Shown piece after piece: positions 46,312 to 58,039 of a stretch of 64,000 nucleotides of DNA (the first letter of the stretch is position 1; every line of letters starts with the position of its first letter). The stretch covers positions 620,001-684,000 of the forward strand of contig CBFDEM010000002.1 in the NCBI GenBank assembly GCA_965603825.1. Direction: 5' to 3'. The notes beneath the pieces are model-generated. The model was given only the letters and a program-made list of their open reading frames with translations, was not told the DNA's origin and ran no database searches. Position numbers and translations under genes: made by a program. This stretch comes from Blepharisma stoltei ATCC 30299. Lineage: Eukaryota; Protista; Ciliophora.

Positions 46312-48114
46312 CTAATATATAAAGACTCTATGAATGATCTTGACTTTCTGTCTGCAGCATGGACAATCAATTAATGGATACCCATCTTCTCTTTCTTTAT
46401 CCATCGGCAACCCCATATATATGACACAACTATGACAATAAGAAGAATGCCCACATGGCAGAAATAGTGTGTTTTTCTTTTGATTCATGCAATAAATGCA
46501 CAGCTCTTTTTCTTCATTATATAAAAATTGAGGCTCGCTATAAGTCCTTTCCCTGACTCTAATTTCGTCTCTTTCTCTAGTAATTGAGGCTAACTGTTCT
46601 TCCAGTACTCTATATTTTTCACGCAAGTCGTCAATAATTGCTTCATATTGGCTGTTCTGTATAAATGAGAGCTTTTTTTCTTCTTTTTTAATATGTCTTT
46701 TAAGCATCAATTCTCGATCAGCGTTTTCGTGCTTTAGGTCATTAATTTCATTAATAAGAAGGTCTCTTTCTTTAATAATTACTTCAAAATCTCTTCTGAA
46801 TTGTTCTTCCATTGCTTCTTTTTGGTCATTTATTCGATGTTTTAGTTTTTTAATTTCTTCACTTTGAGCTATTATTGTTTCATTTAATAAATTTAGTTGC
46901 TCCATGTAATTTTCTTCAATCATTGCTATATCAGCTTTTAATTGCTCGATTCTGACTTTCTTTTTGTGGCTTTTGCCGCTTTTTCTTGCTAGCTCTTTGT
47001 TTTCTGCTTTTAATATGTCAAGCTGAGCGCGAATTTCTTCATTGCTTTTTTGTAACTGGTTGAGATACTCGATTTTTTTATTAAGTTCTTGTTTTAATTT
47101 TTCTTCGCTGTTCTTTAAGAATGAAATTTCTTCTTCTAAGCTTGGCTCTCTAGTATTTTCACTATCTAGAAAAGCTTGTTTTCTGTCTTTAATACTAAAT
47201 GCTATACTTTGTTCGAGACTGCTTGGCTGCAAGCAATCTTCAAACCAATGACTATTAGACCTCTCTCTATGGCCAGCATCTTCATTCTTGCAATTCTCTA
47301 TTATGTTTTCCCTACAAAAATCATCTTCTTCTTGATGAAAATCTTTAATATCTGCATCTACTAATTCTTGCTTGCGAAGGCCAAGGGCAAAACAGCTTAG
47401 AATTTTTATAGAAAATAAAAACACTTCTTTATACATCATAATTGGCACACTCAAAACTTTTTGAACACTTGAAGATTGTCTAGGATTTGAAGTCACCTTC
47501 GATAAAAGTAAAACCATTAAACTTTCATAAGCCAAAATCCCACAGCAAATTGCAATTTCCCATACGGTTTGGTGTAAATAAAACACTAAGAGCAGCGATT
47601 TTCCAATTGAAATGCATAAAACAACAATCAAAGATTTCATAAGAGAAAAACTGCCTGAAATATAGACTATTGTAGACAGCCAATAAAAAGCAAATACTTG
47701 AAAACTGTAATGAATTACCGCTATTTCAGGGCTAAAGAAAAGAGACAGTCCACTAAGGAGAACTCCTTCTGATACCGCTAAAAGAGCTATTGTTACAAAG
47801 CTGGAGCTTAGCTTTGGGTTCTTTGTTTTAAAGTTCAATATCACTAATATTGTGATAAAATACGATACGACACCATATACCAAGGCTATTGTTATTATTA
47901 AGTGGTTATTTGAGCTGATCATCATTGACAAAATATTCAATCCCATCGAGAACATAAAAGAAAAAATAGTTTTCGTTGCAAATATTGTGAGCACTAGTGA
48001 TATCAGTTTATACCTCGGGAATGTTTTATATTTAATATTTTTGAAATTTCTGTCTATTTTTGATACGTCATGTTGGCTTGATAAAAGAGGAGAACTTAAG
48101 TCAGAGCGATTCAT
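46312..48114 (-). CDS. Multi-TM (Bax inhibitor-1-like) + coiled coil + C3HC4 RING protein
   Basis: 6-7 N-terminal hydrophobic helices, long heptad region, CIYC...LPCGHSSYCHSC...CPCCR. Confidence 0.75.
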   Translation of the reverse strand: MNRSDLSSPLLSSQHDVSKIDRNFKNIKYKTFPRYKLISLVLTIFATKTIFSFMFSMGLNILSMMISSNNHLIITIALVYGVVSYFITILVILNFKTKNPKLSSSFVTIALLAVSEGVLLSGLSLFFSPEIAVIHYSFQVFAFYWLSTIVYISGSFSLMKSLIVVLCISIGKSLLLVFYLHQTVWEIAICCGILAYESLMVLLLSKVTSNPRQSSSVQKVLSVPIMMYKEVFLFSIKILSCFALGLRKQELVDADIKDFHQEEDDFCRENIIENCKNEDAGHRERSNSHWFEDCLQPSSLEQSIAFSIKDRKQAFLDSENTREPSLEEEISFLKNSEEKLKQELNKKIEYLNQLQKSNEEIRAQLDILKAENKELARKSGKSHKKKVRIEQLKADIAMIEENYMEQLNLLNETIIAQSEEIKKLKHRINDQKEAMEEQFRRDFEVIIKERDLLINEINDLKHENADRELMLKRHIKKEEKKLSFIQNSQYEAIIDDLREKYRVLEEQLASITRERDEIRVRERTYSEPQFLYNEEKELCIYCMNQKKNTLFLPCGHSSYCHSCVIYMGLPMDKEREDGYPLIDCPCCRQKVKIIHRVFIY

Positions 48115-48376
48115 TTTTATAAATCTATAAGTAAAATCTATAAAGTTTTTAGGCCATCTCAGCAATTAATTTTGCTATTTAAAAGAAAATTGACATATAA
48201 TAGAGCGAGACAGATATAATAAGAATAATCTTTAGCATTGTTAAAATTATTGATTATTATTTTCTAGATAAAAAATATTTTATTCTTAGATTTCAAGGTT
48301 ATTTAATTGATATTGTCTCAAATACAACAAAGAACTTCTAATAATTCTAAATTTTGATATTATTTAGATAAAATAC

Positions 48377-49786
48377 ATGCTCAAAAGAAAACGCGGGAAA
48401 ACTACATCTCCTTTATCACCAAATAAAAGTACAATATCTATAAGAAATATACCCAAAAAAACAAAGCTCAATAATCATCACAAAGGAGAGAACGGTTATG
48501 AACAAACAACGCTAAGCCAGACATTCTTAAAGAAACCACCAGCTCAATCCCCAAAACTTAATAAACAAATTCAGCCAAAAATAGATGAGCAAAATTTCCC
48601 GCCACAAACTCTACAAACTTATCGTTTATATCCCGAAATTGAAGGTATAATTCGGTCATATCTCAAGGTATATATAAAAAAACTTAAAGATAAAAATTTT
48701 TTTGCCCTTGAAGAACCTCAAAAATCGATAATTATCGAAGGGCCAAGTGGCTGTGGGAAAACATTTCTAATAAAAAGCTTATGTGAAGAATTAGGCTTAA
48801 GGATTCTTGAACTTGGAGTATCTCATAATCGAAATAGTGCGCAAACAATAAAAATTTTATCTGAAGCTACACAAACCTATGCCTTGACCTCAGGGGAAGT
48901 AAAAAATATCCAGGGAAGTATCATTCTACTTGATGACGTCGACATAGTTTTAGAGCCTGATAAAGGCTTCCACAAAAGTGTTTCAGACTTATTAGGGTCA
49001 AATCGGAATCCAATAATAATGACCTGCCAATGCTCACCCAAAATTTTCAGATCCCATGATAACGTCAAAGTTTGCCGCATAGAAAGATCTCCAGAAAAAG
49101 TTTTTGGGTTTATAAAATGAAAGCGAGACGAATTAAAGTTAAAATTAAGCGACGAAGAATTAGAAGTTTTATGCACCCACACAAAAGCGAATTTGCATGC
49201 ACTGCTAAATGCTATGAAGTTGATTGTAAGTTTTAGATAGAGACCTCTAGATTTAATTGGCTGAGACAATGCAAGACTTATCCCTCCTAACTCTGTGGAG
49301 ATTGTAAAAGAATCAAAGGCTAATATGCTGGAAAGCGAAATGCTGAATTTCATAGAAAATAACTCGACCAGTATATACCTAGGAATTGATGAATATGTGA
49401 ATTGGCTTGAAGGACTTGAAGAAATCGACATTTTGAACTTATTTAGCAAGAATATTCAAGAAAAAGAGAACCCAATCTTAAATGAATGCTCGATTTATAG
49501 TGGCACGATGGCCTATATGCAATATTTAAGCGACTATTTTATGAGGAATCAAGAAAGCACTTGCAGATGTAAGCTTCAAGAAATTGATGAAGAAAAATCT
49601 AATTTGACTATTGTTAGGGAACATTTGGCACATATGGGAGACCCAACTGATTATATTGGGTATTTTCAGGAAATCTCGAAAATGTCTTGTGATGTGGAGC
49701 CTTCTTATTATCTACGGACTAAGCCAAAGCTGGCAAATCTGATGTCGATATTCTTGCAGAGAAACCCGAACTTGTTTAGGACTTAA
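48377..49786 (+). CDS. RFC large-subunit-like AAA+ ATPase (ELG1/ATAD5 or CTF18 group)
   Basis: Walker A GPSGCGKT, ILELGVSHNR, Walker B ILLDDVD, PIIMTC; TGA=Trp at 49118 and 49262; intron 49226-49240. Confidence 0.78.
49226..49240 (+). other. 15-nt intron gtaagttttagatag
   Basis: Removes in-frame TAG and links to ORF 49295-49786. Confidence 0.85.
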
Positions 49787-49901
49787 AATGTGTATTGCAG
49801 ATTTTTATAAAAATAATATTTACGTTGTTATCTTCTTATTCTTAAGAAATAAATTAAATTGCCCTGCCCTGAAAAAGCGGAGACATAATAAACCTGAAAA
49901 A

Positions 49902-52637
49902 ATGTCGCAAAAAAGTTTACGAATAAAGCTGACTTGAAAGATTATTGTTCCTTTGATGATAGGTATGATTCTTATTTGCAGCGTCGCAATAGTCCCATTG
50001 TATAACGAATATCCTATTTGAATAGACAACTATATTAATGATATACATGATGATCAAGGAAAAGCAATGATAGATGTATCGCTATATCTCGTTAAAAGTG
50101 AGTCACTTAATATCATCCAGCACTCAGCAAACCTTATGATAATTGCCAGGGCTTTAATGAATTCTTACTTCGGAAATTCATTAGCAATAAAAACTCAAAA
50201 TTATTCACCTGGGCTAAACTACGTAAGCGGAATAGCAATAGCTGAAAATAAAGCTAAGCTATCATGCTGAAATAACATAACAAATACAAGTTACTGTCAG
50301 GCTCTTTGATTTACTTCTCCAAGCGATGATAATACTGCTAACCTAAATAAAACTTCTCTTCTAAATCTGAATTCATCAGCTGTCTTTGATAGTTTCTTAA
50401 GACCTATGGCTGTGATTGGCTATAAGCTGAATCCATTATTTGGAGACGTGTTTATAGGCTTTGAAAATGATGGTCTTTACTATTTAAATCCAGCAGGAAA
50501 TTACAGTTTTCTAGCTAATGCATCTAAAAACTCCTTATGCAGTAGCCCAACCTATCAATATGACCCAAGATGCACACTGTGGTTTGAGGAAACAAAAAGC
50601 AAGTCTTTTGAAACCAGAAACAGCGTGGTTTTAACAGACCTCAATTTAGATATAAACTCTTTAAGCCAATCAGCTTGTGTAGGAATTTGGAGTGACTCTG
50701 ACGATTTTATATTGTCAAGCTGCCTAAAGTTTTATCTAAATTCATTCAGAAAACGCTTATGGGGAGTAAATGTAGGAAAAGGGTCTTATATATATGTGCT
50801 GGATGCTAGTGGAGAGGTTATTGTGTATTCTAAATCAACGTGGACTTCAGCAAATCCTCCATCAATTTTTGAGCTTGAGTTTGGGAAAAATGCAGATTCT
50901 ATCTCTGCTGAAGTAAGATATTACAGAGACCATATTTTACCAATTTTTCAAAAAAATAAGACAGAATTGGCATATTATTATAAAAATGGCGATAAAATGC
51001 TGATTTCGGTTGCCCCTATAAAGATACAGCTTGGCCTAAATTCTGAGCTGACTCCTTGGGCATCTGTAGGAATTGTAATAAAAGAATCGGATACGACTAA
51101 AAAACTAGACAAGTTAAAAGATGATTTTTATTATCTAATGTATGGTGAAATTGCCATATTTGCTGTTCTTATAGTCTTTTTTGGAATTTGATGTTATTTT
51201 TTAACAAAATTCCTTTCAGCTGCAGTTACAAAACCTGTAGAAAAATTATCATGCATTTTAAAACGATTATTTAAGAAAGATCTAGGAGTTGATATCATGG
51301 AAGAATATGAGCCGGGTCCTCCAGAAATTGGCTCTTTATATGAAATCTTTGAGAAACTCCGAATTGTTCTTAAAATGCAGGATTCTATAAAATTCAACGA
51401 CGAAACAGCTGGCATGATTAATTACGCTCAAGCTCTAAATTTATTCAGAGACTTCAGGAATAAAAAAGCTATGGAACTTTGCCATAGAGAACTCGGAAAC
51501 ATTCATTTTCAGAATAAAAGATACCCAGAAGCAGCATTAAATTATTATAGCTCATATAGACTCTCCAAAAACATAGAAGGCATTTCAGAGCTGGAAAAAG
51601 CCAGAATTAAAATCCAAACAGCAAAATCTATGCTATTTGCAGGAACCAAAAAAGAAGAAGCGATTGAAATGTTTAATGAAGCTATTGATTTCTATAAATC
51701 TCAGTCATATAAAAATATAGAGATTATTCTCTGTTTGCTGGATAAAATAGAAAGCCTTTTTGCAGTCAGCCAAATCCCAGTCTCAGATATAGATGAAGTG
51801 GAAAAGCTACTACAGGAATGAATTCCATTAAGCATGCAAAGCATTCTTCAGCAAAAATATTTATATTTTAGAGCTTTTCAATATGAAATGCAAGAAGATT
51901 TAAAAACTGCTTCAAGGCTGTATATGATATGCATAGAAGGATTTATTGATTTCGACCCTAATATAAGGAAAAAAACTCTTGAAAGATTAATTGGGATTTT
52001 TGAAAAAAATAGTCTGCCTTGCTATGAATTAAAGATTTTATGGAAAAATTTGAATGAAATTAGCAAAGATATCGCCCTAATTATTGATACAAAAATTTGC
52101 AACTTAGAGGTCCAGAACAATATATTGTGGCTTATTGAAGCTGTTTTTAATAAAAATGATAGGCTATCTATAATTGATTTTGATGAAGCCATACAGATTC
52201 ACTTTAATTTAACCCAAAAAATCCCTAAAAATATTCGTTTCTCTATTATTGATTTAATCAACCAATCTGGAAAATCTGTGCTTTATGATGGAATTAATGC
52301 TGGGATTAACCAAATTTGTGCTTTGGATATCAAAAATTCAGCACTTTTGCCAAGCCCGAATATCCAGCAGAAATGGGTCATAGCGATTTGTGGAAGTGGA
52401 GATAAAGGAAGCGAAATTAGACAAGATTTTCTGTCTAAAAAGGTTAATGAGCTGGGGATAAATTTGGTGATTGTTTATATCAATTATGATCCTAATCAAG
52501 CTAATGAGTTAGGATTATTAATAAACTCAAGTCCACGAGGTGTGGTAATTTCAGTCTATTCAGACGATGATATCAGATCAGCAGTTCAAAAAACTGCAGC
52601 ATTTATGTGCCCATCAAAATGTGTATTTAACAATTAA
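49902..52637 (+). CDS. TM-dCache-TM-HAMP-TPR-vWA receptor, paralog 1 (911 aa)
   Basis: One frame from ATG49902 with TGA=Trp at 49935, 50019, 50268, 50307, 51189, 51819; YDPRCTLWF, YIYVLDASGEVIVY, KPVEKL..EIGSLYEIF, TPRs, vWA-like C-terminus. Confidence 0.85.
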
Positions 52638-52756
52638 TTTTTATAAATTTCATTAAGATAGGGTATAAATTTGTATAAATATAACGTGAATCTATTTCTC
52701 ACCAAATTATAATCCATTTTTGCAACTTTCCTTACAAAAATTATTCAACATACTAA

Positions 52757-55498
52757 ATGTCAAATACAGGATTGACAAGAAAGCTGACCTGAGGTATTCT
52801 TGTGCCTTTAGTTGCAGGGATGGTTCTGATTACCATAATTGCGTCAGTTCCTTTATACATTCAATACCCAACATGAATTGATAATTATATCAATCACATG
52901 ATCAACGATCAAGGAAATGCTATGCTCAATGTAAGTAGCTTCGTTGGCAAAACTGGGTCATCGAATGTTGTACAATATGCAGCCAATTTAATGATTATTG
53001 CTAATATACTCATGGAAGAATATTTAGTTCAAGATATTCTATCGGTAAAAAATGATTTCAATTATGAGGACAATTATGTAAGTGGAGTAGGCTTTGATGA
53101 AGGCAATATGACTGTGCCAGGCTTAATTGAAAAAACAAATATGAGCTACTATGCAGCCATGTGGTATCTTAACCCTGATATCAAAAATTCTTCACTTTTG
53201 CCTCCTGAATCATATAGGAATTTAAAGTCTTCAGCTGTGTTTGACAGCTTTTTAAGGCCAATGGCACAGCTTGGGGATGAAGCAAGCCCTTATTTTGGAG
53301 ATGTGTATATAGGTTACGATATAGATGGCTTTTTTTATACAAATCCTACATACTATAGAGGCTATTTTTTAAACTATTCAGAGATGAATTGCAGCTATAA
53401 CCAAGGAAGTCCAGCCCAATTTGACCCTAGATGCCGTCCTTGGTACGCTCAAACCAAAACCTCTACATCTCCTAACAACCCCAGTATTGTATTAACTGAA
53501 CCTTATCAATCAATCAGCAATTTCAATTTAGGGCAATCAGCATGCACAGGGCTATGATACGGTAACCAAACTTATATTCTTACTGCCTGCATCGATTATT
53601 CCCTAACTTCTGCTGAAAATCATTTACTAAATGTAAGTGTCGGCGGCTCTACATATTCCTATGCATTAGCAGCTGATGGAAGAGTCATAATCCACCCAAA
53701 ACTAAACAGGACCTCAAACGTCGTCCCACCTATAACCCAGCTGGAATTTGGTAATAACCCAGACCAAGACGAAGTTAACTATTATAATGAGCACATTTTG
53801 CCTTATTTTAAACAAGTCAGGACTATAAAAACTTATTACTACAAAAATGGGGAAAAAATGATGATTGCTATATCCCCAATTTTAATTAAGCAGGATATTG
53901 AAGAGCACCAAACCCACTGAGCGTCAATAGGAATTGTAATGAACCAAAAAGAGATGACAAAAGATGTAGAAGGGCTCAAAGAAGACTGTAATATATTGCT
54001 ATATGTGGAGTATGGAATTTTTGGAAGCATTGAGCTGATTATTGCTGTTCTATGCTACTATTTAACAAAAAATATCGCCAGGACCATTGTGGCGCCTATA
54101 GATAAATTATCAGAAATTTTAGATAAACTTATTAAGCATGACTTGGGATTAGATATAATGGAACAATATGAGCCAGGCCCTCCAGAAATAAACGCGCTAT
54201 ATGAGGTGTTTGATAAGCTTAGAGTTGTGCTTAAACTTCATGATCCAAGCCAGTTTAAGCACGAAACAAATGCTATGATGAATTACGCCCAAGCCCTCAA
54301 TCTTTTTAGTAAATTCAGAAATAAAAAAGCAATGGAACTTTGCTATAGAGAGCTTGGGAATATTCATTTTAGGTCTGAGCGGTATCAAGACGCTGCTTTA
54401 AGCTATTATAACTCTTATAGAATAGCTAAACAGATTGAAGGGTTTCCAGAGCAGGAAATGGTAAAAAGGAAAACCCAAACTGCCAAAGCAATGATGATAG
54501 CAGGCGTCAGAAAAGAAGAAGCCATGGAGATGTTCCACGAAGCCATTGATTTTTACCAAAATTCGTCAAAAGATTCAGTTGACGTCATTTTATGCCTGCT
54601 AGAAAAAATTGAAGGGCTTTTTGCTATTGGAGAAAACACAGAATTCGTACTTGATGAAACTGAAAAGCTCCTTAAGGCAAGGTTTTCTGTAAGCTACCAA
54701 GATATTTTGCAGCAGAGATACTTGTTTTTTAGAGCCCTGCAGTATGAGACACAAGAAGACTACCAAACTGCAAGCAGGCTTTATGTGCTGTGTTTAGAAA
54801 ATTTTATGGAATTTGACCCAATGATAAGAAAAAAATCAATAGAAAGGCTGATTGAGATTTTTGAGATGAAAAATCTGCCAGTAGCTGACCTTGTAGTGCT
54901 CAAAGAAGAAATGGAAAATAAAAGCAAAGACATTGCGTTGATTGTTGATACGAAATTTGATGGGAAAGAGTTCCATCATCTTATATTATGGCTAATAAGC
55001 AGTGTTGTGGATACTAAAGATAGGCTTTCAATTATAAATTTTGACGATGAATTCCATATATTGTTTAACTTAACAAAAAAACCTGCAAAACAAATTGAGT
55101 TTCCGACCTTGGATTTAATGAACCAAGGAGGAAAATCAGTTCTATATGACGGAATCAATGCAGGGATTGAACAACTCTATTCTTTCCGATCAGAAAACAC
55201 TACATTTTTAGGACAAGAAGATATTCGTCACAAATGGATAATTGCTATTTGTAATAGTGATGATATTGGCAGCCAAATTTCTTTTGCTGAGATTTCTAAA
55301 AAGATTAGAGACTCTGGGGCTCGCTTAATAATTTTTTATATAAATTCTGACCCATCCCCACACTCTCAGCTTGAATCTTTGAAGAACTACAGCATAAGAG
55401 GAATATTTCTATCAGCTTATTCCCAAACTGAGATAAGACGTGCATTCCAAAGGATTGCTGCTATAATCTGTCCATTCAAACTATTTTTGGTTAATTAA
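52757..55498 (+). CDS. TM-dCache-TM-HAMP-TPR-vWA receptor, paralog 2 (913 aa)
   Basis: One frame from ATG52757 with TGA=Trp at 52790, 52874, 53555, 53918; FDPRCRPWY..TEPY..CID, YALAADGRVIIHP, APIDKL..EINALYEVF, TPRs, DIALIVD/DRLSIINFD/LYDGI/KWIIAI. Confidence 0.87.
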
Positions 55499-55527
55499 TT
55501 CTATTTCATAATTACTATAATATTGAA

Positions 55528-56184
55528 ATGGTGAGTACTGAAGGCGAAGTTAATTTTTCCTTCAAATTAGTTATCCTTGGCGATTCAGGAGTAGGTAAGA
55601 CCAATCTTCTACAGCGCTTCACCAAAAATATATTTTCCTTAGCCACAAGAAGTTCAATGGGTTTCAATAATGACTACAAAACTCTAGACATCGAAGGTAA
55701 AACAGTTAGGGCCGAAATATGGGACACGCCTGGACAAGACCGATATAGGGCTATGCTAAACCCATTCTACCGTGGAGCAGTTGGCGCGCTTCTCGTTTAC
55801 GATCTCACCAATGCTGAAACCTTCACCAACCTTCAAAAGTGGATGAAGGAAATCAAAAACTACGGGGAGTCCATAGAAACTGTTCTTCTAATTGGCAATA
55901 AAAGTGATAAAGAAGAGGAAAGGAATGTAAAACAATCTGATGCGATGGCTTTTGCACAGAAAAACGGGATCGCGTATATTGAAACTTCAGCGCTGAATGC
56001 AAATAATGTGGACAAAGCGTTTGAGATCATTTTAACTAATTTGGTTAAAAATAAGACAAGCAATATACCAGCCCCTGCACCGCCGAAACTTGATGTAGAA
56101 GGGAAATCGAAGAAGATTGGGAATGAAGAACATAGACAATTCGATGACACTGTAAGGAAGACCTGTAGTTGTAGCTTACTATAA
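55528..56184 (+). CDS. Divergent Rab11-like small GTPase
   Basis: GDSGVGKT, WDTPGQ, YRGAVGALLVYD, GNKSD, ETSA; C-terminus CSCSLL. Confidence 0.85.
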   Translation: MVSTEGEVNFSFKLVILGDSGVGKTNLLQRFTKNIFSLATRSSMGFNNDYKTLDIEGKTVRAEIWDTPGQDRYRAMLNPFYRGAVGALLVYDLTNAETFTNLQKWMKEIKNYGESIETVLLIGNKSDKEEERNVKQSDAMAFAQKNGIAYIETSALNANNVDKAFEIILTNLVKNKTSNIPAPAPPKLDVEGKSKKIGNEEHRQFDDTVRKTCSCSLL

Positions 56185-56509
56185 GATTTTAAGTGTAGAG
56201 AGGATAGGATATTTATAAACATTTGTGATAAAAGGATTTTAAATTTTGAAGGAATGGGGTGTGTGGAATGAGGGAGAAATGATAAGAAATGATAAGAAAT
56301 GTAGAAATTTAAGGATTTTAGAGCTGAATAGTCATTTTTTGGGGATTTTAGTGGGAGATGGATATAGAAAAGTATTAAAATTTAAAATCCTGCAAGAGTA
56401 TGCCTAAATTCAAAATATTTCTAGAGTCAGTAATTATTATGGAGTTTTGAGAAGTATATGAGAATTAATAGAAAATTTAATTTTAAAGCTAATAAAATTA
56501 TTGAAATTG

Positions 56510-57763
56510 TTATTCAATGTTCCCTTCGATGCTTATTATCCTTTCAAGCCTTTTCTCTTTTAACTCAAATTTATAATAAGAATAACACCATATGTTCTTT
56601 TCATTCATTTCAATTAAACCCAAATAGACATTTTCTCTACATCTAATCCTATAGGATTGTGCATGTATTAAAGAATAATCAATTTTTCCTATTTTATTTC
56701 AAAAATATTCATTATCAATTTCGCTTTCTCAAACATTTTCTCAGCCTTCGAACAAATAGACTCTTGAATTCCCAACAATTAATAATTTATATGAATCTTC
56801 TCCAGACTCCAATTTAATTTTCGTAAAACTATCTAAATTGACATCGTATTCAAAAATATTTTCTTCATTGCTAAGTCCTGCTAATAAAATTCTTTGTTTA
56901 AAAGGCACAACTGAGCAATTCATAGATTGTTCTGGAATTGAAAGCAAAGTTTCTCATCTATTTTTTGTTAAATCAAATCTTTGAACAATTTTTGAAAAAG
57001 TAAAATTTCCAGCCGCTGATGTTTCTAATCCCCCAAATATATAAACACATTTCTGGAAATACAAAATCCCTGCTTGGGAAATATTTTCTCCAGAGGGAAG
57101 AATTTTTTTAATTGTGTAAGAGTTTAAATCAATTATGAGGGTTATACCAGTGATTGGGTTCTCTTTTCCGTAGCAGAAAAGTTCTTTGTTTGGAAGCTGG
57201 ACTATGCAAGAAGCAGCGGTCAGTGCATTATAATCTTCAATGTTTATTTTAGAGTGCTGAAAATTTGTAATATTATATAGTGACAGCTCAGCTTTATTTT
57301 TAAGCTCAAGATTTTTGTTGATTAAATAGAGAGTCTGACTGTCTTCATAGACATATGGAGAAAAATCATTGAGTATGAGGTTTTCGATTGCGGCATGAAG
57401 TCTTTTAGAGAAGCATTGATATTCATCTATATAAGCTGAATAAGATTTTTTAATAGCCTCATTATTGTATAATAAAAATTCTAATTTTTTGTCATTTTGA
57501 TAGTGATCAACTATATCTTCAAACTCAGTTTTTAATTTTTCTTTGATTGTTTCTAATTCTTCTATTTTAGAAGAATTATCTTCGTAGAATTGAATTTTAA
57601 AGGAATTGCTGAGCTTTCGTGTTAAGTTGCTTAATGTATCATTATATAATGATATAGAGTTGAATTTCATATCAAAGGCTTCAATCTCAGTTAATGAGAG
57701 TTCAGCATAAGAAATATTAAACTTGGATTCAAATTCCTTACAAGCATTTTCGATATCTTGCAT
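56510..57763 (-). CDS. Coiled-coil + Kelch-like protein, copy A (intact, 417 aa)
   Basis: Continuous frame with four TGA=Trp (56954, 56741 and two downstream); VYIFGG...RFDL...W Kelch pattern; stop TAA 56510. Confidence 0.75.
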
Positions 57764-58039
57764 TTTATTGTTTCTCTATTATTACTTTATAATTTCAGCA
57801 TATAAAAATTAATATTATTATATTCAAAGAACAATTATCGTTATTATACTAAAATATTATTAGAAGAGCATTTTAAACTAATCTTTAAAGCTTGGACTCC
57901 TTGAATTCTTTTGAGTTTAAATTAAATTCAAAGAATGAAAATTTGCTTGAATTGAATTTATTTTTAAGAACCCCAAAATAATTTTTTTTCCTTCTTATAT
58001 AATTCATTCGCGAAAGACTATATTGTAGAGATCTCACTA

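Noticed and set aside
56240-56370. Purine-rich tract with the (gaaatgataa)x2 repeat after the Rab gene
   Set aside because: Low-complexity 3' flank; no box C/D pair or stem could be supported.
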